Assembly: GCA_964016885.1 (NCBI GenBank)
Contig: OZ024741.1
Coordinates: 401,140,001-401,204,000 of the forward strand
Direction of reading: 5' to 3'
Length of the DNA stretch: 64,000 bases
Source: Eledone cirrhosa
Lineage: Eukaryota
Each line of letters opens with the position of its first letter. The first letter of the stretch is position 1. The notes under the pieces were generated by a model. It did not search any database, was not told the origin of the DNA, and saw only the letters and a list, made by a program, of their open reading frames with translations. Below are positions 55,932 to 64,000 of the stretch, one piece after another. The position numbers and the translations under genes were made by a program.

Positions 55932-58145
55932 AAACAGTGAGTGTGTTTAACTATTTTTGGAAATATTATAACAATATGACCCTCCCCAAACAGTGAGTGT
56001 GTTTTACTATTTTTGGCAATATTATAACAATATATCCCTACATAAACATTGAGTGTGTTTTACTATTTTTTACAATATTATAACAATATGACCCTCCCCA
56101 AACAGTGAGTGTGTTTTACTATTTTTGGCAATATTATAACAATATATCCCTACATAAACATTGAGTGTGTTTTACTATTTTTTACAATATTATAACAATA
56201 TGACCCTTCCCAAACAGTGAGTGTTTTACTATTTTTGGAAATATTATAAAAATATGACCCTCCCCAAACAGTGAGTGTGTTTTACTATTTTTCGCAATAT
56301 GATAACAATATGACTCTCCCCAAACAGTGAGTGTGTTTTACTATTTTTGGCAATATTATAACAATATATCCCTACATAAACATTGAGTGTGTTTTACTAT
56401 TTTTTACAATATTATAACAATATGACCCTCCCCAGACTGTGAGAGTGTTTAACTATTTTTTGCAATATTATAACAACATGACCCTCCCCAAACAGTGAGT
56501 GTGTTTTACTATTTTCGCAATATTATAACAATATGACTCTCCCCAAAAAGTGTGTGTGTTTTACTATTTTTGGCAATATTAGGGCAACATGACACTCCCC
56601 AAACAGTGAGTGTGTTTTACTATTTTTTCCAATATTAGGCATGACCTTCTGCAAACAGTGAGTGTGTTCTACTATTTTTGGCAATATTATAACAATATGA
56701 CCCTTCCCAAACAGTGAGTGTGTTTTACTATTTTTGGCAATATTATAACAATATGACCCTCCCCAAACAGTGAGTGTGTTTTACTATTTTTCGCAATATT
56801 ATAACAATATGACTCTCCCCAAACAGTGAGTGTGTTTTACTATTTTTGGCAATATTATAACAATATGACCCTACCCAAACAGTGAGTGTGATTTACTATT
56901 TTTGGCAATATTATAAAAATATGACCCTCCCCAAACAGTGAGTGTGTTTTACTATTTTTCGCAATATTATAACCATATGACCCTCCCCAAACAGTGAGTG
57001 TTTTACTATTTTTGGAAATATTATAACAATATGACCCTACCCAAACAGTGAGTGTGTTTTACTATTTTTGGCAATATTACAGCAACATGACCCTCCTCAA
57101 ACAGTGAGTGTGTTTTACTATTTTTGGCAATATTATAACAATATGACCCTTCCCAATCAGTGAGTGTGTTTTACTATTTTTGGCAATATTATAACAATAT
57201 GACCCTACCCAAACAGTGAGTGTGTTTTACTATTTTTGGCAATATTATAACAATATATCCCTACACAAACAGTGAGTTTTTAAAACTATTTTTGGCAATA
57301 TTATAACCATATGACCCTCGCCAAACAGTGAGTGTGTTTTACTATTTTTGGCAATATTATAACAATATATCCCTACACAAACAGTGAGTTTTTTAAACTA
57401 TTTTTGGCAATATTATAACAATATGACCCTCCCCAAACAGTGAGCGTGTTTTACTATTTTTGGCAATATTAGGGCAACATGACACTCCCCAAACAGTGAG
57501 TGTGTTTTACTATTTTTTCCAATATTAGGCTTGACCATCCGCAAACAGTGAGTGTGTTCTACTATTTTTGGCAATATTATAACAATATGCCCTTCGCCAA
57601 ACACTGAGTGTGTTTTACTATTTTTGGTAATATTATAACAATATGATCCTCCCCAAACAAACAGTGTGTTTTACTATTTTTGGCAATATTATAACAATAT
57701 ATCCCTACATAAACAGTGAGTGTGTTTTACTATTTTTGGCAATATTATAACCATATGACCCTCCCCAGACAGTGAGTGTTTTACTATTTTTGGTAATATT
57801 ATAACAATATGACTCTCCCCAAACAGTGAGTGTGTTTTACTATTTTTGGCAATATTAGGGCAACATGACCCTCCCCAAACAGTGAGTGTGTTTTACTATT
57901 TTTGGCAATATTATAACAATATGACTCTCCCCAAACAGTGAGTGAGTTTTACTATTTTTGGCAATATTATAACAATATGACCCTCCCCAAACAGTGAGCG
58001 TGTTTTTCCTATTTTTGGCAATATTAGGACTGACCCTCCACAATCAGTGAGTGTGTTTTATTATTTTTGGCAATATTATAACAATATGACACTCCCTAAA
58101 TTGTGAGTGTGTTTTACTAATTCTGGCAATATTATAACAATATGA

Positions 58146-58161
58146 CCCCCCCCCCCCCCCC
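58146..58161 (+). repeat. Poly-C tract (C16)
   Basis: Same upstream TACTAATTCTGG monomer as the tract at 53186. Confidence 0.9.
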
Positions 58162-60042
58162 AAACAGTGAGTGTGTTTAACTATTTTTGGAAATATTATA
58201 ACAATATGACCCTCCCCAAACAGTGAGTGTGTTTTACTATTTTTCGCAATATGATAACAATATGACTCTCCCCAAACAGTGAGTGTGTTTTACTATTTTT
58301 GGCAATATTATAACAATATATCCCTACATAAACATTGAGTGTGTTTTACTATTTTTTACAATATTATATCAATATGACCCTCCCCAAACTGTGAGTGTGT
58401 TTAACTATTTTTTGCAATATTATAACAACATGACCCTCCCCAAACAGTGAGTGTGTTTTACTATTTTTCGCAATATTATAACAATATGACTCTCCCCTAA
58501 AAGTGTGTGTGTTTTACTATTTTTGGCAATATTAGGGCAACATGACACTCCCCAAACAGTGAGTGTGTTTTACTATTTTTTCCAATATTAGGCATGACCT
58601 TCTGCAAACAGTGAGTGTGTTCTACTATTTTTGGCAATATTATAACAATATGACCCTTCCCAAACAGTGAGTGTGTTTTACTATTTTTGGCAATATTATA
58701 ACAATATGACCCTCCCCAAACAGTGAGTGTGTTTTACTATTTTTCGCAATATTATAACCATATGACCCTCCCCAAACAGTGAGTGTTTTACTATTTTTGG
58801 AAATATTATAACAATATGACCCTACCCAAACAGTGAGTGTGTTTTACTATTTTTGGCAATATTACGGCAACATGACCCTCCCCAAACAGTGAGTGTGTTT
58901 TACTATTTTTGGCAATATTATAACAATATGACCCTTCCCAATCAGTGAGTGTGTTTTACTATTTTTGGCAATATTATAACAATATGACCCTACCCAAACA
59001 GTGAGTGTGTTTTACTATTTTTGGCAATATTATAACAATATATCCCTACACAAACAGTGAGTTTTTAAAACTATTTTTGGCAATATTATAACCATATGAC
59101 CCTCGCCAAACAGTGAGTGTGTTTTACTATTTTTGGCAATATTATAACAATATATCCCTACACAAACAGTGAGTTTTTAAAACTATTTTTGGCAATATTA
59201 TAACCATATGACCCTCGCCAAACAGTGAGTGTGTTTTACTATTTTTGGCAATATTATAACAATATATCCCTACACAAACAGTGAGTTTTTTAAACTATTT
59301 TTGGCAATATTATAACAATATGACCCTCCCCAAACAGTGAGCGTGTTTTACTATTTTTGGCAATATTAGGGCAACATGACACTCCCCAAACAGTGAGTGT
59401 GTTTTACTATTTTTTCCAATATTAGGCTTGACCATCCGCAAACAGTGAGTGTGTTCTACTATTTTTGGCAATATTATAACAATATGCCCTTCGCCAAACA
59501 CTGAGTGTGTTTTACTATTTTTGGTAATATTATAACAATATGATCCTCCCCAAACAAACAGTGTGTTTTACTATTTTTGGCAATATTATAACAATATATC
59601 CCTACATAAACAGTGAGTGTGTTTTACTATTTTTGGCAATATTATAACCATATGACCCTCCCCAGACAGTGAGTGTTTTACTATTTTTGGTAATATTATA
59701 ACAATATGACTCTCCCCAAACAGTGAGTGTGTTTTACTATTTTTGGCAATATTAGGGCAACATGACCCTCCCCAAACAGTGAGTGTGTTTTACTATTTTT
59801 GGCAATATTATAACAATATGACTCTCCCCAAACAGTGAGTGAGTTTTACTATTTTTGGCAATATTATAACAATATGACCCTTCCCAAACAGTGAGCGTGT
59901 TTTTCCTATTTTTGGCAATATTAGGACTGACCCTCCACAATCAGTGAGTGTGTTTTATTATTTTTGGCAATATTATAACAATATGACACTCCCTAAATTG
60001 TGAGTGTGTTTTACTAATTCTGGCAATATTATAACAATATGA

Positions 60043-60059
60043 CCCCCCCCCCCCCCCCC
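60043..60059 (+). repeat. Poly-C tract (C17)
   Basis: Duplicate of the tract at 58146 (offset 1897). Confidence 0.9.
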
Positions 60060-62599
60060 AAACAGTGAGTGTGTTTAACTATTTTTGGAAATATTATAAC
60101 AATATGACCCTCCCCAAACAGTGAGTGTGTTTTACTATTTTTCGCAATATGATAACAATATGACTCTCCCCAAACAGTGAGTGTGTTTTACTATTTTTGG
60201 CAATATTATAACAATATATCCCTACATAAACATTGAGTGTGTTTTACTATTTTTTACAATATTATATCAATATGACCCTCCCCAAACTGTGAGTGTGTTT
60301 AACTATTTTTTGCAATATTATAACAACATGACCCTCCCCAAACAGTGAGTGTGTTTTACTATTTTTGGCAATATTATAACAATATGACTCTCCCCTAAAA
60401 GTGTGTGTGTTTTACTATTTTTGGCAATATTAGGGCAACATGACACTCCCCAAACAGTGAGTGTGTTTTACTATTTTTTCCAATATTAGGCATGACCTTC
60501 TGCAAACAGTGAGTGTGTTCTACTATTTTTGGCAATATTATAACAATATGACCCTTCCCAAACAGTGAGTGTGTTTTACTATTTTTGGCAATATTATAAC
60601 AATATGACCCTCCCCAAACAGTGAGTGTGTTTTACTATTTTTCGCAATATTATAACCATATGACCCTCCCCAAACAGTGAGTGTTTTACTATTTTTGGAA
60701 ATATTATAACAATATGACCCTACCCAAACAGTGAGTGTGTTTTACTATTTTTGGCAATATTACGGCAACATGACCCTCCCCAAACAGTGAGTGTGTTTTA
60801 CTATTTTTGGCAATATTATAACAATATGACCCTTCCCAATCAGTGAGTGTGTTTTACTATTTTTGGCAATATTATAACAATATGACCCTACCCAAACAGT
60901 GAGTGTGTTTTACTATTTTTGGCAATATTATAACAATATATCCCTACACAAACAGTGAGTTTTTAAAACTATTTTTGGCAATATTATAACCATATGACCC
61001 TCGCCAAACAGTGAGTGTGTTTTACTATTTTTGGCAATATTATAACAATATATCCCTACACAAACAGTGAGTTTTTTAAACTATTTTTGGCAATATTATA
61101 ACCATATGACCCTCCCCAAACAGTGAGCGTGTTTTACTATTTTTGGCAATATTATAACAATATGACCCTCCCCAAACAGTGAGTGTGCTCTAGTCTTTTT
61201 GGCAATATTATAAAAATATGACCCTCCCCAAACATTGAGTGTGCTTTACTATTTTTGGCAATATTATAACAATATGACCTTCAACAAACAGTGAGTGTGT
61301 TTTACTATTTTTGGCAATATTATAACAACATAACCCTCCCGAAACAGTGAGTGTGTTTTACTATTTTTCGCAATATTGTAACAATATGACTCTCCCCAAA
61401 CAGTGAGTGTGTTTTACTATTTCTGGCAATATTATAACAATATGACCCTCCCCAAACAGTGAGTCTGTTTTACTATTTTTCGCAATATTATAACAATATG
61501 ACTCTCCCCAAACAGTGAGTGTGCTCTACTCTTTTTGGCAATATTATAACAATTTGATCCTCCCCAAGCAGTGAGGGAGTTTTACTATTTTTGGCAATAT
61601 TTGGACATGACACACCACAATCAGTGAGTGTGTTCTACTATTTTTGGCAATATTATAACAATATGACCCTCCCCAAACAGTGAGTGTGCTCTACTCTTTT
61701 TGGCAATATTATAACAATATGACCCTCCCCAAACATTGAGTGTGCTTTACTATTTTTGGCAATACTATAACAATATGACCCTCCCCAAACTGAGTGCGTT
61801 TTACTATTTTTGGCAATATTACGACAACATGACCCTCCCCAAACAGTGTGAGAGTTTTACTATTTTTCGCAATATTACAACAATATATCCCTACATAAAC
61901 AGTGAGTGTGTTTTACTATTTTTGGCAATATTATAACCATATGCACCTCCCCAAACAGTGAGTCTGTTTTACTATTTTTCGCAATATTATAACAATATGA
62001 CTCTCTCCAAACAGTGAGTGTGTTTTACTATTTTTGGCAATATTATAACCATATGACCCTCCCCAAACAGTGAGTGTGTTTTACTATTTTTGGCAATATT
62101 ATAACAATATTACCCTCCCCAAACAGTGAGTGTGTTTTACTATTTTTGGCAATATTATAACAATATGCCCCTCCCCAAACAATGAGTGTGTTTTACTATT
62201 TTTGGCAATATTATAACAAATGACCCTCCCCAAACGGTCAGTGTGTTTTACTATTTTTGGCAATATTATAACAATATGACCCTCCCCAAACAGTGAGTGT
62301 GTTTTACTATTTTTGGCAATATTATAACAATATGACCCTCCCCAAATAGTGAGTGTGTTTTACTATTTTTGGCAATATTATAACAATATGACCCTACCCA
62401 AACAGTGAGTGTGTTTTACTATTTTTGGCAATATAATAACAATATGACCTTCCCGAAACAGTGAATTTGTTTTACTATTTTTCGTTATATTATAATAATA
62501 TCACTCGCCCCAAACAGTGAGTGTGTTTTACTATTTTTGGCAATATTATAACAATATGACCCTCCCCAAACAGTGAGTGTGTTTTACTATTTTTGACAA

Positions 62600-63620
62600 T
62601 ATTATAACAATATAACCCTCCCCAAACAGTGAGTGTGTTTTAGTATTTTTGGCAATATTATAACAATATGACCCTCCCAAAACAGTGTGTGTGTTTAACT
62701 ATTTTTGGCAATATTAGAACAATATGACCCTACCCAAACAGTGAGTGAATTTTTCCTATTTTTGGTAATATTACGACATGATCCTCCACAATCAGTGAGT
62801 GTGTTTTACTATTTGTGGCAATATTATAACAATATGACCCTTCCCAAACAGTGAGTGTGTTTTACTATTTGTGGCAATATTATAACAATATGACCCTTCC
62901 CAAACAGTGAGTGTGTTTTACTATTTTTGGCAATAATATAACAATATGAGTCTACCCAAACAGTGAGTGTGATTTACTATTTTTGGCAATATTATAACAA
63001 TATGACTCTCCCCAAACAGTGAGTGTCTTTTACTATTTTTGGCAATATTATAACAATGTGACCCTCCCCAAACATTGAGTGTGTTTTACTATTTTTGGCA
63101 ATATTATAACAATATGACCCTCCTCAAACAGTGAGTGTGTTCTAATATTTTTGGCAATATTATAACAATATGTCCCTCTCCAAACAGTGAGTTTGTTTTA
63201 CTATTTTTGGCAATATTATAACAATATGACCCTTCCCAAACAGTGAGTGTGTTTTACTATTTTTGGCAATATTATAACAATATAACCCTCCCCAAACAGT
63301 GAGTGTGTTTTAGTATTTTTGGCAATATTTTTAACAATATGACCCTCCCAAAACAGTGTGTGTGTTTTACTATTTTTGGCAATATTATAACAATATGACC
63401 CTACCCAAACAGTGAGTGAATTTTTCCTATTTTTGGTAATATTAGGACATGATCCTCCACAATCAGTGAGTGTGTTTTACTATTTGTGGCAATATTATAA
63501 CAATATGACCCTTCCCAAACAGTGAGTGTGTTTTACTATTTGTGGCAATATTATAACAATATGACCCTTCCCAAACAGTGAGTGTGTTTTACTATTTTTG
63601 GCAATAATATAACAATATGA
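62600..63620 (+). repeat. Short duplicated block of about 6 monomers at offset 671 (12x56-1)
   Basis: GTGAGTGAATTTTTCCTATTTTTGGTAATATTA(C/G)GACATGATCCTCCACAATC at 62741 and 63412, each followed by TTTGTGG/CCCTTCCC monomers. Confidence 0.8.
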
Positions 63621-64000
63621 CCCTCCTCAAACAGTGAGTGTGTTCTAATATTTTTGGCAATATTATAACAATATGTCCCTCTCCAAACAGTGAGTTTGTT
63701 TTACTATTTTTGGAAATATTATAACAATATGACTCTCCCCAAACAGTGAGTGTGTTTTACTATTTTTGGCAATATTAGGGCAACATGACCCTCCCCAAAC
63801 AGTGAGTGTGTTTTACTATTTTTGGCAATATTAGGCATGACCCTTCGCAAACAGTGAGTGTGTTCTACTATTTTTGGCAATATTATAACAATATGACTCT
63901 CCCCAAACAGTGGGTGTGTTTTACTATTTTTAGCAATATTATAACAATATCACCCTACCCAAACAGTGAGTGTTTTTTACTATTTTTGGCAATATTATAA

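Larger units (their letters stand above)
50981..56450 (+). repeat. Recent near-identical tandem duplication of 2732 bp (49 monomers, net -12 bp of indels), junction at about 53713-53718
   Basis: ATTTTTGTTT 50991/53723, TAGCCC 51295/54027, C14 tract 53186/55918, CTGTGAGAGTGTTT 53705/56437. Identical ORF translations at 52125/54857 and 52509/55241 have the same offset. The indels I counted in the unit sum to -12. Confidence 0.94.
56419..61155 (+). repeat. About 2.5 tandem copies of a higher-order unit of about 1.9 kb (34-35 monomers), starting at 56419, 58371 and 60269
   Basis: ATGACCTTCTGC 56641/58594/60492, TTGACCATCC 57531/59428, poly-C 58146/60043, ATTACGGCAA 58861/60759. ORF pairs 57413/59310 and 57855/59752 are offset by 1897. 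Confidence 0.9.
1..64000 (+). repeat. Satellite DNA array, 56-bp monomer, about 1,140 head-to-tail copies, single orientation, running off both window ends
   Basis: Consensus AATATGACCCTCCCCAAACAGTGAGTGTGTTTTACTATTTTTGGCAATATTATAAC starts at 1, 57, 113 and so on; a monomer starts at 51851 (926x56-6 from position 1) and the last at 63946. The consensus has 19/56 G+C and no CpG. Most monomers differ from it by 0-4 substitutions. No non-repeat sequence was seen. Confidence 0.99.

Noticed and set aside
52125-59940. Nine - strand ORFs of 62-80 aa with repeated GEGHIVIILPKIVKHTHCLGRV motifs
   Set aside because: Indels in the diverged domain shift frame past stops. Identical ORF pairs simply mark the 2732- and 1897-bp duplications. 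The His/Cys content is not a real zinc-finger pattern.
61736-64000. + strand ORFs 61736-61936 and 63806-64000
   Set aside because: Same repeat-derived peptides (VFYYFWQYYNNMTLPKQ, CVLLFLAIL); no evidence of coding.
1-64000. CRISPR array or other repeat-spacer system
   Set aside because: No unique spacers: the variable positions are point variants of one 56-bp consensus, and there is no leader or cas gene.
1-64000. Inversion, transposon insertion or CENP-B box
   Set aside because: No reverse-complement monomers (GGGGAGGGTCATATT) or foreign sequence were seen on reading through, and the consensus lacks the CpG-containing CENP-B box core.

Overview
The whole 64 kb window is one uninterrupted head-to-tail satellite DNA array. 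The monomer is 56 bp and about 34% GC, with consensus AATATGACCCTCCCCAAACAGTGAGTGTGTTTTACTATTTTTGGCAATATTATAAC, present in about 1,140 copies, all in one orientation. I saw no unique sequence, transposon, RNA gene, CRISPR array or credible gene; the supplied ORFs are chance read-throughs of the repeat. An array of this kind is most consistent with eukaryotic (peri)centromeric or heterochromatic satellite, but I do not recognise the family or organism. Diagnostic monomer variants reveal nested higher-order duplications at offsets of 2, 12, 19-20, 34-35, 37, 46-49, 63, 69-82, 83-84 and 95-96 monomers. They also show a switch at about 52.2 kb from a length-conserved domain to an indel-rich one, poly-C tracts born from loss of one interrupting T, and recurrent variants that perfect the monomer's quasi-palindromes. 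All offsets were counted by hand from marker variants and need a dot-plot to confirm. I found no protein-coding biological system; the interest lies in array architecture and mutation mechanism.
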